Shown here: one piece after another, positions 12,370 to 24,449 of the stretch
How positions within the stretch are numbered: the first letter of the stretch is position 1
Layout: the number at the start of each line of letters is the position of its first letter
Made by a program: the position numbers and the translations under genes
NCBI RefSeq assembly: GCF_004010195.1
Contig: NC_057719.1
Span: 70,792,692-70,845,494 of the forward strand
Length of the DNA stretch: 52,803 bases
Source of the DNA: Chiloscyllium plagiosum
Taxonomy: Eukaryota
Direction of reading: 5' to 3'
Notes under the pieces: generated by a model
What the model saw: only the letters and a program-made list of their open reading frames with translations
Database searches by the model: none
Told to the model about the DNA's origin: nothing

Positions 12370-12397
12370 GACGTTTCGGGCAAAAGCCCTTCATCAG
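12370..12397 (-). ncRNA. Minimal type I hammerhead ribozyme core (PLE-associated)
   Basis: The minus strand reads CUGAUGA-A-GGGC-UUUU-GCCC-GAAAC-GUC. This has the conserved core, a 4-bp stem II, a palindromic ACGU mini stem III and a GUC triplet. Stem I is weak. Confidence 0.7.
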
Positions 12398-12808
12398 GAA
12401 TAAAGGCAGTAAGCCTGAAGCGTGGAGAGATAAGCTAGGGGATGGTGGGGGTTGGGAGAGAGAGTAGCATAGAGTACAATGGGTGAGTGGGGGAGGAGAT
12501 GAAGGTGATAGGTCAGGGAGGAGAGGGTGGAGTGGATAGGTGGAAAAGGAGCCAAACAGGTCGGACAAGTCCGGGCAAGTCAAGGGGACAGTGCTGAGCT
12601 GGAAGTTTGAAACTAGGATGAGATGACGGAAGGGGAAATGAGGAAGCTGTTGAAGTCCACATTGATGCCTTGGGGTTGAAGTGTTCCAAGGCGGAAGATG
12701 AGGCGTTCTTCTTCCAGGCGTCTGGTGGTGAGGGAGCGGCGGTGAAGGAGGCCCAGGACCTCCATGTCCTCGGCAGAGTGGGAAGGGGAGTTGAAATGTT
12801 GGGCCACG

Positions 12809-12823
12809 NNNNNNNNNNNNNNN
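12809..12823. other. Assembly gap (15 N)
   Basis: A run of N lies inside the PLE, where the GIY-YIG core motif would be expected. Confidence 0.99.
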
Positions 12824-14766
12824 TACAGTTCCTGCGGTGGCAGGGGAAAGTGCCAGGATGTGAGGGTGGGTCGTAGGGGGGCGTGGACCTGACCAGGTAG
12901 TCACGGAGGGAACGGTCTTTGCGGAAGGCGGAAAGGGGTGGGGAGGGAAATATATCCCTGGTGGTGGGGTCTTTTTGGAGGTGGCGGAAATGTCGGCAGA
13001 TGATTTGGTTTATGCGAAAGTTTGTAGGGTGGAAGGTGAGCACCAGGGGTTTTTACCTTATCTCAGTAAGAGGCCCAGCAATCACATCTCTAGCTTCCCA
13101 CAGAGTTCTAGGGTACGCCTGATCAGGTCCTGGGGATTTATCCACTTTTATACGTTTCAAGACATCCATCGCTTCCTCCTCTGTAATATGGACATTTTTC
13201 AAGATGTCACCCTCTATTTCTCTACATTCTATATTTTCCATGTCCTTTTCCACAGTAAATACCGATGCAAAATATTTGTTTAGTATCTGCACCACCTCCT
13301 GCGGCTCCACACAAAGGCTGCCTTGCTGATCTTTGAGGGGCCCTATTCTCTCCCTAGTTATCCCTTTGTCCTTAATGTATTTGTAAAACCCCTTTGGATT
13401 CTCTTTAACTCTGTTTGCCAAAGCTATCTCATGCCTCCTTTTTGCCCTCCTGATTTCTCTCTTAAGTATACTCCTACTGCCTCCTACTCTTCCTGGATTC
13501 ACTCGATCTATCCTGTCTATACCTGACATATGCTTCCTTCTTTTTCTTAACTAAACCCTCAATTTCTTTAGTCATCTAGCATTCCCTATACCTGCCAGCC
13601 TTTCCTTTCACTGTAACAGGAATATACTTTCTCTGGACTCTTGTTATCTCATTTCTGAAGGCTTCCAATTTTCCAGCCATCCCTTTACCTGCAAACATCT
13701 GAGCTCAATCAGCTTTTGAAAATTCTTGCCTAATACTGTCAAAATTGGCCTTCCTCCAATTTAGAACTTCAACTTTTAGATCTGGTCTATCCTTTTCCAT
13801 CACTATTTTAAAACTAATAGAATTATGGTTGCTGGCCCCAAAGTGCTCCCCCACTGATATCTCAGTTACCAGCCCTGCCTTATTTCCCAAGAGTAGGTCA
13901 AGTTTTGCACCTTCTCTAGTAGGTACATCCACATACTGAATCAGAAAATTGTCTTGTACACACTTAACAAATTCCTCTCCATCTAAACCCTTAACACTAT
14001 GGCAGCCCCAGTTTATGTTTGGAAAGTTAAAATCCCTTACCATAACCACCCTATTATTCTTACAGACAACTGAGATCTCCTTACAAATTTGTTTTTCAAT
14101 TTCCCTCTGACTATTAGGAGGTCTATAATGCAATCCCAGTAAGGTGATCATCCCTTTCTTACTTCTCAGTTCCACCCAAATAACTTCCCTGGATGTAGTT
14201 CTGGGAATGTCCTCCCTTAATACAGCTGTAATGCTATCCCTTATCAAAAATGCCATTCCCTCTCCTCTCTTGCCTCCCTTTCTGTCCTTCCTGCAGCATT
14301 TGTATCCTGGAATCTTAAGCTGCCAGTCCTGCCCATCCCTGAGCCACGTTTCTGTAATTGCTATGATATCCCAGTGCCAAGTTCCTAACCATGCCCTGAG
14401 CTCATCTGCCTTCCCTGTTAGGCCTCTTGCATTGAAATAAATGCAGTTTAATTTATCAGTCCTACCTTGTTCTCTGTGTTGTCCCTGCCTGCCCTGACTG
14501 TTTGACTCGCCTTTGTTCTCAACTGTACCAGTCTCAGATCGATCTCTTTCCTCACTACCTCCCTGGGTCCCAACCTCCCCACCTTACTAGTTTAAATCCT
14601 CCCAAACAGCTCTAGCAAATCTCCCTGCCAGTATATTAGTCCCCTTCCAATTTAGGTGCAATCCGTCCTTCTTGTACAGGTCACTTCAACCCCAAAAGAG
14701 ATTCCAAAGATCCAAAAGTGTGAATCCTTCTCCCATACACCAGCTCCTTCTATGATTCTATGATTC

Positions 14767-16180
14767 CTTTCGTACTTTGCCAACTTCTCTCTCTGGAGTT
14801 CAAGTTCAAACATTTGTCTTTCTCTTTCAAGTTCAGTTTTCATTTCTTTTTCATTTTCTATTTCATTATTTTATCTGCAACAAAATTCTAACAACTTAGA
14901 TCGGAGCAAGTTACTGCAGATGCTGCATCAGAGTCATCTCGACTCGAAACATTAGCTTGCTCTCTTTCAATGGATGCTGCCTGACCTGCTGCAATCTTCA
15001 GCATCTGTTGTTTTCTAACAACTAAAGTTGGATTCCACCTAATTTGAACTCTTCTTCTCCCAGTCCCAGATGTTGAACTATTACTTTAATGATATATGTG
15101 TTTCTTACCCATTCCTTTTTATTTCTAACCCCAACTTTTCTGCAAATGATATTAGCTTGTTTTTGTTTTAACGAATCACACTCAAGGATAAATCTTTCCC
15201 TTTCAGAAAAGTCATAGCAAATGGCATAGCCATTTGGTTTTCTGTACTTGCAGTGACGTTCATAAAGCCTATGTTAACTAGCCTTACCCTCAGCCAGTCC
15301 TAGCGCTCATATTGGACTGTGGACTTCAAATCCTGAAGGAGCCTCCAAATTATTTTATGATTCCAGACTTAAGTGAAAACATTATGTTGTGATCTAACGA
15401 GGGACCAATAACATTTTTATTTTAAATTAAATAAAGTATAAGATCCACGAGACATACTAAGACAGTAAAGCCACAAGGTTCTATAATTTTGAACAAACAA
15501 TACTTAGAATCTGAAAGAATAATACCAATCTATAATACACATACAAACAATATTCTGGTACATTGAATGAACATGTGGTTCATAGGGGAACACCTCACAG
15601 TGCACACAAATAGCAAATACAAATGAAATCAGATCCCAGATATTTCTCAGCAATTTCCCCAAATGGTAATGACACAATGAGTCATCAAATCCTATTAAAC
15701 ATCACAAGTGATCATAATATTTCACTTTTGCTCATCTGACCTTTCAAATGCCTTTCCAGAGCCATTCTGTCATGGTTTTTCTCAATGACTGTACTCATTC
15801 CTGTCAGTCACGTTCCTTTACTGAGTCTACACTCTCTTGGGTTCTGAAACTGCATTCCAATAATGACTTACATACATGATTCCAGCTCTTCATCAGCAGC
15901 TAGCCTCACCAACCTAGTCCTGACTCTCGGATTTGTCCTGAGATCCAATTTTGTTTATTTTATCAAGCAAATCCTGTTTGAGTTTTCCAATCCCCACTGG
16001 AGTACTGAACTACATAGAATCTGAGCAGTTGCCTTCATAGAAGTCCAGCTGACTATAGCACATAACATGAGGTCTAGACATCTCTGTATGTCTACCCCTA
16101 ACTGTAACTATTGAACTCCTCTTCAGTAACCTTCAACTATCCTGGGTGAACTCCTGAAAACATTTTAGTAAACCCCTTCA
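14767..16180 (-). mobile_element. 5' part of the Gypsy relic: putative LTR (~15353-16180), tRNA-Pro-like PBS (~15328-15347) and gag N-terminus
   Basis: Minus-strand tggaggctccttcaggattt matches the tRNA-Pro PBS TGGGGGCTCGTCCGGGATTT at 16/20. The coiled-coil ELERERQMFELELQREKLAK is typical of a Gmr1-like gag N-terminus. The LTR extent is uncertain. Confidence 0.6.
14897..15012 (+). mobile_element. Short PLE-derived insert with 11-bp TSD
   Basis: gagtcatctcgactcgaaacattagcttgctctc...cagcatctg is the same family as 1497-1598 but lacks CUGA. TSD ttctaacaact at 14886-14896 and 15013-15023. Confidence 0.8.
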
Positions 16181-16254
16181 TGAATGGAATTGAATGTTAC
16201 CACATAGCAACTCTTGGAACTGAATATGCTGTGAATGCTGCACAGTATATAGTG

Positions 16255-17295
16255 TATGGGCAAGCATATTGGCATGGATAGAAAACTGGTTGGCTAACCG
16301 GAACCAGAGAGTAGCAATAATAGTTATTTATCCAGTTGTCAGATGGAATGAATAGTGAGTATGTTTGCCTCTTTTGCTGATGGCCCAAAGATAGATAGGA
16401 AATGTAGTCAAGAAAACTTAAGGAGGCCATGAAAATATAGGTTAAATCAGTGGGCAAAAATCCAACAAATGGAGTGTAATTTGGAAACGTAGGAAATTGT
16501 CCATTTTGGCAGGAAGAATATAAAAGAAGCATGTAATATATATTGCAAGAGATTGCAGAGCACTGCGATGCAAGAGGATCTAGGTGTCCTTGTGGTTAAA
16601 TCACAAAGAGCTAGTGTGTAGGTACAGCAAGTAATTAGAAAAATTAAAGGAATGTGATCATTTATTGTAAGGTTAATTGAATTTAAAAGTAAGAAAGTTA
16701 TGCTTCAGTTATATAGTTATATATTGGTGAGACCATATCTGGCATATCATGTAATACATTGGTCATCTTATTCAAGGAAGGATGAAAATGTACTTGAAGC
16801 AGTTCAGAGCAGGTTTTCCAAACTAACACATTGAATGGACAGTTTGTCTTATGAGTAAATATTGATGGGCTAGGCTTGTAGCTGTTAGAGTTTAGAAAAT
16901 TAGAAAATGACTTGAGTTAAACAAAAGATCTTGAAGGATCTTGAAAGAATGGCTGTGGCGAGGATGTTTCCTCTTATGGGAGAATCTAAACCAGGTATCA
17001 CCATTTAAAAATAGGTGGCAACCCATTGCAAACAGAGATGAGGCTCTTCGTTTCACTCAGAGACTTACAAGTCATTGGAATTTTCTTCCTGAAAAGAAAA
17101 TGGAAGCAGATTCCTTCAATATTTTTAATACACAAGGGGTTAGATTCTCGGTAAACAACAGAGTGAAAGGTTATCAGATGTAAACAGGAAAGTAGGTTAG
17201 AGGTGATTATCAAATCAGTCATGGTCCTATTAAATGGTGGAGCAGGCACATGGAGCTGAATGACCTACTCCTACTCCTTGCTCATATGTTCCTAA
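16255..17295 (+). mobile_element. Old CR1 LINE 3' portion
   Basis: It encodes WIENWLANRNQRVAI, LVRPYLAY and LEAVQSRFSKL, and ends in a CR1 3' UTR (gaatgacctactcctactcc...atgttcct). Confidence 0.85.
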
Positions 17296-18084
17296 GGATT
17301 AACCACAGAAGATTCAGCAGTATTTAGATTTTTGAGGCAGAGAGATGACTTCGGGAGGCAGCTCTCTAGGTTCCTCACTCTTAACTGATAGTCCTCTTGC
17401 AAGATCTAAGGAATTGCAGTAACAATACCTTTTCCAAAGATGAGAGGAAGAGGATAACCTGTCCAACCAAGTACATGAGCATGGAGACTGTCAATGTGGT
17501 AACAGTGTGCCATGAGGAACCATATCTTCAGGAAGCAGGAAAGGTGAGCAGCTTAACACTGTCAGATGTTTCATCTTAACTAAGTAGTAAAAGAACAGTC
17601 ACCTTCTCCGATTACAACGCCATCTCACTCAATCTGTTCCTGTGCCGTTTTGTTGTCATCGCCACCAGTATGAGACTTGAGGATATTTCACCATTCTCAG
17701 TGCGTGCCCTGTGACCTCTCTGATTAACTGTAAGGAGCTTCCATTTAAAGGAACTGGTTTTAATCCAAAATATTCAACATTTTGCTTATCCATTGCTTGT
17801 TATTCTGATATTTTTCTATTTTTTCATTAATCTTACATATGTGCATGCTTTACTTTGTCTGATTGATTTGTTACATACAAAGCAAAAATGCTCCAGAATT
17901 TCACTGTCAGCTTGTGTAAATAAAGCTTGCTGGTCAAGGAACAACAAAAACAGAATGTTGTTCCAACAATCATACTTATTACTTTTGGGCAGGTGGGGTT
18001 TAAAGCATTACTGTGAAGCTCTGGCATCCCCAAGTGGTGAGTGCAGATCAAGAATTACAAATACCTGTTTTTGTTACATTTTTA

Positions 18085-18232
18085 ATAATAGCAGAAAGTG
18101 CTATTATTCAGCAGGTCTGGTAGAATCTGTAGAAAGAAAAACAGAGTTAACATTTCAAGTCCAATGACTTGTTCAGAAAAGTTTTTTGAAAAATTCAGGT
18201 TTCCAGCATCTGCAATATTTTGCTTCTATTTA
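18085..18232. mobile_element. Old PLE termini in inverted arrangement
   Basis: cagcaggtctggtagaatctgt...gttaacatttcaag (minus) is followed by ttccagcatctgcaatattttgc (plus). Confidence 0.55.
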
Positions 18233-18269
18233 TATGGTAAAATAGAAAGCAAGAAGAAAGCCATAATTA

Positions 18270-20000
18270 TTTGATTTGATTTATTACTGTCCCATGTACT
18301 GTGATATAGTGAAATGTGTTGTCTTACATGCTTCACATGCAGATCGTACTATACAGGTGCAACAGGGTAACAGAACAGGATGCAATGTTACAGCTGCCGA
18401 AAAGGTGCAGAGAGGGATTGAAATTAACATTAAAGAAGTCCATTCAAAAGTTCAAAAGTTCATCCAAAAGTGGGGAAGAAGCTAATCTTGAATATGTATA
18501 TACAAACTTTTATTTCTTCCACCTGACGGAAAAGTGTGGGAAGGGTCTTTGATTATGTTGATTGCTTCTCTGATGCAGCAGTCAGTGGATGGGAGATTGG
18601 CTTGCATGATGGACTGTGTTAACAACTCTCTGTCGTTTCTTTCAGTCTTGGGAAGAGCAGTTGCCATATCATTCTCTGATGCATTTAGATAAGGTGCTTT
18701 CTATGGTGCATCTATAAAAACTTATAAGAATCTTTATTGATAAGCCAAATTTTCTTCACCTCTTGAGAAAATAGAGGCTTTGCTGTGTTTTTTTGACTGT
18801 AGTGTCAACATAGGTAGACCAGGACAAATTGTTGGTGATCGTCACTCTCAGGAATTTGACGCTCTCAACCACCTCCACCTCAGCATCACTAATACAGACA
18901 GGGATGTTCGCTCCACTTTGCTTCCTGAAGTCAATGACCAGCTCCTTTGTTTTACTGATGTTGATGGAGAGATTGTTGTCTTTACACCATGCTGCCAAGC
19001 ACTCTATTTCCTTCCTGTACTCCATCCTGTCATCGTTTGAGATCTGACCTACAATGGAAAGGTGTCATTAGCAAGTTTATAAATGGAGTTTGGGTGGAAC
19101 TTGACCACACACTCATGTGATTTTAAGGAGTATAAGGTATAGGGGGCTGAGTATGCAGCTTTGCAGGGCACTTGTGTTGAGAGTTATTGTGGAGAATGTG
19201 TTGTTCTGTGATCTGTTGATCAGTAAATCGAAAATCCAGTTACAGAGGGAGGATCCAAGACCTAGATCCTGGAGTTTAGAGATGAGTTTGTTTGGAATTG
19301 TGGTGTTGAAGGTGGAACTGTAGTCATTATGTAGGAGTCTCACATAGATATCCTTGTTGTCCAGATATTCCAGGGACAAGTGTAGGGCCAGGAAGATGGC
19401 ATCTGCTGTGGCACTGTTGCATCGGCAGCAAATCGCAAACGATCAAGGCAATCTGGGAGGCTGGAGTTGATGTGAGCTGTGCCCAAAATCTCGAAGCACT
19501 TCATAATTGTGGATGTCAGAGACATTGGGCAGTAGCCATTGAGACACGGTGCATGATGTTTCTTTGGGACTGGAATGATGATGGTCTTCTTGAAGCAGGT
19601 GGGGACTTCAGATTGTAGGAAGGAGAAATTAAAGATGTCTGCAAATACTTCTGCCAGCTGGTCTGCACAGGATCTGAATGCATGGCCAAGGACTCTTTCT
19701 GGACCAGTCGCTTTCTCTGGGTTCATACTTAAGAAGGCTGATCTAATGTCTGTGGCTGCGACCAAGGATACAGGTACATCTGAAGCTGTTGGGATAAGTG
19801 GGATTGTTTCACTGATCTTCTGCTCAAAGCGAGTGTCGAATGCATTGAGCTCAACAGGCAAGGATTACCATTGCCCATGATTCTGTTCAACTTTACTTTG
19901 TAGCCTGTTAAGTCATGTAAGCCTTGTCACAAATGCGGATGTTCATGTCTCAACTTAGTTTGGTGTTGCTTCTTGGCATCTCTGATGGCCTTTATATGCA
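18270..20000 (-). mobile_element. Rex1/Babar-type LINE RT region, decayed
   Basis: It encodes ELNAFDTRFE, CADQLAEVFADIFN, PTCFKKTIIIPVPKK, LTSTIMKCFE, DYSSTFNT and WCKDNNLSINISKTKELVIDFRK. Confidence 0.9.
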
Positions 20001-20262
20001 TTTTACTTAACGTTTATTAAGTTACATGTGACTCTACAACTGTAGCATTGTATAACTTTTGGGTTTTTTCTGTTCCTAAGTGGGATATTTCTGTACTTTG
20101 CTTCTCTAATCAATAACTTTTTTTAAAAAAATAGCGTAACTTAATCAAATTATGAAAATCACAACCACTTTCCCTGAACTCCAACTGATAAGAATCTATA
20201 GCAGATCTTGAAGTTGAATTAATTGGTGACAAAACTTAGCAGATGGAGTTGTGTTCCAGCAA

Positions 20263-20541
20263 AGCAGCATGGTGGCTCAATGGTTAGCACTGCTGCTTCA
20301 CAGTGCCAGGGATCTGGGTTTAATTCCAGCCTCAGGTGACTGTCTGTGTGGAGCTTGTACATTCTCCCTGGGTCTATATGGATTTCCTCCAACAGTCCAC
20401 AGGTATGCTAAATTGTCCCATAGTGTTCAGGGATGTGTAGGTTTAGGTGCATTAGTCAGGGGTAAATGTAGAGATTTTGGTGGGATACTCTTCAGAGGTT
20501 GGTGTGGACTTGTGGGGCCTGTTTCCACACTGTATGGATTT
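20263..20541 (+). mobile_element. HE1-type V-SINE, near full length with internal deletions
   Basis: It has a tRNA-like head with A box tggctcaatgg and B box ggtttaattcc, a V domain and the CR1-like tail gggcctgtttccacactgta. Confidence 0.9.
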
Positions 20542-20579
20542 GAGGAGAAAAGTTGTTATATTGATCCCCAAGGCACACA

Positions 20580-20790
20580 CTGACTCAGAACTCGATCATG
20601 GTTCCTTCACTACTACCAAGTCAAAAAAGTGTGCATGGTCCTTTCTAACAGCTCTGTGGGTGTCCCTATACTCCAAAGACTGCAGTGGTTCAAGAAGGCA
20701 GCTCACCAACACCACATTCTCCAGACTATTCAGTGTTGGCTATAAATGCTGGCCCTGCCAGCAATGCTCACATCGCATGAACAAGTTTTT
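20580..20790 (+). mobile_element. LINE 3' end (L2/CR1 group; same family as 50665-51297)
   Basis: gttccttcact...ctgcagtggttcaagaaggcagctcacc...taaatgctggcc...gctcacatc matches 51108-51285. Confidence 0.8.
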
Positions 20791-22436
20791 GAAAATACTC
20801 CCCAGCACTATTAATCCCTGCCCTCCACATCCTCAGGCTCTCCTCAAGTTAAAAAGGTGACATTCAACTGTGCCTCTTTTCCACCTTCCCTTGCACCTTC
20901 AAGCTAGCTATTACTTACAACATTTCTTTTCTCCTTCGGTCACACTTGTTGCTTCTTCCTCCTGTCATGCACCAGTGTAAATCAACAGGCCTAACTTAAG
21001 ATATCCACCACACTTACTAAGGTAGCATGCTGGAAAGCAAGTCCCAGTTTCATTACGAAAGTTAAAGATGTTAAAACAAGTTTGCAAAATTTCCCAATTT
21101 ACCTCATATTCAGATCCAGATTGATCAAAAGCATAGACCAAGTTTCTGGTCTTAACAAGAATTAATATTCATTATAAGTAGTTAGACTCCAGCTACAGAT
21201 AAACTGTTGGAGTATAACACTGCAATTAAAACTCTAATATCCTTACAAACTCCTCTTCATGCACAGACAGACAGACATTGGAATTGACAAAGTGGGAAAG
21301 TATGGATGGATAGGAAAACTGGGGAAGCAGTTTTGTAGTCTTTGTTCATAAGAGCTGTTGAGTTGCTTCTTGCTGATTTGAAGGTTTCTTCTCAGCTTCC
21401 CTTTTCCAAATGCTTCCACTGGCTTGATCCTGGTGATTTTCACAATTTTTGAAAATCCTGTGCATTGCCTGTTAAAGCCAGACTACTAGATTAAATATGC
21501 AGTTGCATATTTTACTGTTTTCCTGCCCATCTGCATTTCCTGGATGTTAAAGCCGGAATTGGATGGGATGAACTCAGATCCCTCACCAAACTGTCCTTTT
21601 CAGATTTTTAAATCCCTGCCTGCCCTTGAGCCCACTTCCCATGAGCAGATAAATTCCTGTTCGCAGTATACCATCTTCCTGTGAGCGAATGAAGCAAACA
21701 GCCTTCAGGGACAGTGTTTGTGTGGAGACCCATTGCCTGAAATACACCAGACCAGTATCTCAATGTGCAGGTTGCATTATTTGCTTAAAGGGCAAGTTAA
21801 AGCAATGTGCACAACAATTGTGTCGTTTGTAGATTGTTTCCTCTTGATGTCACTGGAAATTGATGTTTCTGTAATAGGTTAAAGAATACTGAGAAGGATT
21901 GTAGATGGATTCAGAGCCAAATTTTTCAAGTTGATTCCAGAGGCAGGTCAAGAAGAGATATTATCTAATGCTAGATGCATTGGAGATGTAAAATCTAGAT
22001 ACTGAGAGTCTTAGCACCACTGACTTGTATTATAATATATGTTAATTAAGTCATTTGGGACCTCGTACAGATTACAGCAAGATCTAAAAAGTACAAGGAA
22101 TTGAGGAGCAGTGATTTTGATACAAAAAATGCTTTCATTAATAAGTAACCTTCCACGATTCTATATGATCTGGGCAGAGTATGGATTTGCAAGGTCAATG
22201 TTCTCAGCTGAGCAACTAAATTTTCAATCTGGGGTCAGAAACCATAAATGGTCCATGCTTCAGATTTCTGACCTACTACGTGTCGGTGATGTGATCCGGC
22301 ACTGAAATGCAAAGCCTCTAACTAGACTGGAGGCAGGAAGTCAAGGCAATAGGCTTGCTGATGCCTTACTAAATCGATCAGACAGGATAGTAGAGGGCCA
22401 GCAATTTCAAAATCCAATCAAGTGCCAAATGGTCAC

Positions 22437-22678
22437 TGAGGTGAGGTCAGCCAGGTGGACATCAAAGTACATGAGTTCCCTGAGAGGGACTGATCGGAGT
22501 TCCCTGATTAGGGAATTCAGTTAGGGAACCCTGGCTGACAGATAAGAACAGGAGTTTCGGATATCCTGTTCACTACGAGAGCTAGCTCCGAGGGATCTGG
22601 ATCAGTGTCAAGAATACTCCAGATGTAAATAAAGGGTGAATTTTTTTTGTGGGATACAAGTCTCTGTGGAGTTATTCA
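22437..22678 (+). mobile_element. Solo LTR
   Basis: It has TG...CA termini, a TATA-like gataagaa and AATAAA near 22628. The candidate 5-bp TSD is gtcac (22432-22436) / atcac (22679-22683). Confidence 0.7.
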
Positions 22679-23624
22679 ATCACTCATCAGGTAATTACTC
22701 TACTGTGCTCAAAAGATGGCAACTTTGTCTCACTGCTCCACCATTTGGTCATTATGAACAGACAGTGAGTTTGCCTTTAAGGTCACCTACTTGACTAACC
22801 TTCCAATACTTAAGTTCAAACATGAGAAATAACATCAGGATGAAGTACTGGGAGCTGCCTGATACTTTGGGAACTGCATTCCATCAATTGACAGCAGCTG
22901 CAGGTAAAGGGAGAGATGGTGATTGAGCACTATTCTCAATTAGTTGAGTGGAGCTGCACACTTCAACCTATTCCTAGATAAATTAATGAACAAAAACTTC
23001 ATGCAATTGCCTAGGCACAATATTTACATTTTCAGCCACTGCTCATTTAAGTGATAACACAGAATTACTTAACAACTGGAAATTGCTAAGTAAAAAAAGT
23101 GGAAGAGAATTGAAAGGTTAAGAACTTCATTTGTGGCAGATGGGCTGGTGTTTTTTTGGTCAGCTTAATGACAAGTTTAATCTGTCACAAAGGCATTTTT
23201 AATCATTATTTTCAGATCTGCATTTCTCTGCAAACAAACAACATGGTGCAGCACTTTGGGAAAAGATTGTGAGAAAACAGTGTTATTTGTGTCCAAATCA
23301 CTGATGACTAGAGTATAATTTTCAGCAGCTGGAAGGCATAGATACGATTTGGGTGAAATGAATAATTGAGAGACATTGCTGTTCAGCAATGTGTCGCCCA
23401 GTAAACAGCATGATAAAAATGTTTCCAGATGTAGACCGAATCCCTTACAATCTGAAAACGGCTTCGTTGATTCTCTTTCACAGTGAGATATCCAGCAACA
23501 GCTCTTACCATCTTTAATTAATGTTTGCAAACTTAGAAAAAGAATTGTTTGTTGTTTCCTGGATGGCAGAAAATACAAAAGCATTAAACACATTCTGCAT
23601 TGGCTAAAATACTTTGAAAAGAAG

Positions 23625-23990
23625 TCATAATCATCGATGGTGTTCCCTCGCCGAGAAGGATGACTGTCTTTCACTCTCAGGGTGAGTCTGTAGGTGGCTG
23701 TACAGACTGAAGCAACTTCCACAGACTCTGCTATACTTAGGGCAGAAGGTGGTTGTGGGAAGGAGTGGGTGGGACATTAGTGTGGCAGTATGCTCCTTAC
23801 ACTGTTATCATCCAGCTTCTGCTGTTTTCCGATGGCCAGTCTCGAGGCGCTTGCCCCCTTCCCAAATGCTCATCCTCCACTTTGGATGGTCTTGGGCCAC
23901 TGATTTCCCAGTGTCTGTGGGAAGGCAGCACTTCACCATTGAGGCCATGAGGATATCACTGGACTATTTCCTCTGTCCAGCTGGGGGCTC
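23625..23990 (-). mobile_element. RTE-clade LINE 3' end
   Basis: The minus strand reads GQRK*SSDILMASMVKCCLPTDTGKSVAQDHPKWRMSIWEG, resembling the RTE C-terminal GQRKRFKD...LAxDRxxWR motif. A short gat/tgat tail lies at ~23625-23636. Confidence 0.8.
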
Positions 23991-24019
23991 ATCTGCCATT
24001 TCTCATGGGAGTTGGGCCA

Positions 24020-24255
24020 ATTTGGGACCACAGAGGAGATTTATACATGGCTGAATGAGTACTTCACATCTGCTTTTACCAAGGAAGTATTAGGAGGAAC
24101 TTCACTCACTGGAATTATGAAAAATTGGTAAGGAGGAGGTATTGACTAACCTGTCAGTACTAAGAGTTGACAAGGCACTGGAAGCAAATGAGCTGCATCT
24201 AAGGAAGTGAGATTGAAAATTGTGGAGGCACTGGCCATAGTTTTCAGTTTTTTCA
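24020..24255 (+). mobile_element. Old CR1 ORF2 internal fragment
   Basis: It encodes LNEYFTSAFTKE and VDKALEANELHLR (a decayed VDKSPGPDxxHPR). Confidence 0.7.
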
Positions 24256-24449
24256 TACCCATTTTACAACATTCTCTAAAACTGCTACACTTTCCACTGT
24301 AGTCAGCATCTTATCATTGCTTAATGTCAGACCATCAAATGTAGGAAAGTCTTTGAATCGTTCCAAACACTCATTAGCACTGGAAGGCTACAGAACTCAA
24401 ACAATCAGAAGGTGCATTTGCCTTTCAAAACAGAAGTGAACTGCTTGCA

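Larger units (their letters stand above)
12308..13058 (-). mobile_element. Penelope-like element (Neptune-type) 3' part inserted in CR1, 14-bp TSD
   Basis: It encodes LTFHPTN...PPLSAFRKDRSLRDYLVRS...FPCHRRNC (Cys-rich linker) and VAQHFNSPSHS...RRLEEERLIFRLGTLQPQGIN (GIY-YIG C-terminus). TSD tatctcagtaagag at 12294-12307 and 13059-13072. Confidence 0.95.
10989..14748 (-). mobile_element. Near full-length CR1 LINE (ORF1 C-terminus, ORF2 APE endonuclease and RT), inactivated
   Basis: ORF1 esterase motif DLYKKDGLHLNWKGTNIL (~14590-14745); APE motifs IIAITETWL, YRPPNS, DFNFPNINW, LDLLL (13705-14445); RT motifs KSCLTNL, VDVIYVDFSKAFDKV, SGVPQ; CR1 3' tail at ~10990. It has stops and frameshifts, a deletion removing FADD near 11740 and a PLE insertion. 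Confidence 0.97.

Noticed and set aside
10989..14748. Active autonomous CR1
   Set aside because: It has multiple stops and frameshifts, a deletion of the FADD region near 11740, a PLE insertion and a truncated ORF1.
17447..17530. Hydrophobic minus-strand peptide (TVTTLTVSMLMYLVGQVILFLSSLEK) as an exon
   Set aside because: The splice sites are weak, it lies next to LTR/CR1 relics, and I recognise no homologue.
20263..20335. tRNA gene
   Set aside because: A and B boxes are present, but the sequence continues into SINE body and tail and lacks a proper cloverleaf. The same applies at 27245 and 46056.
23177..23722. 181-aa minus-strand ORF as a host gene
   Set aside because: It starts at a non-ATG codon inside the RTE 3' end and has no recognisable domain. 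It is most likely a chance ORF.
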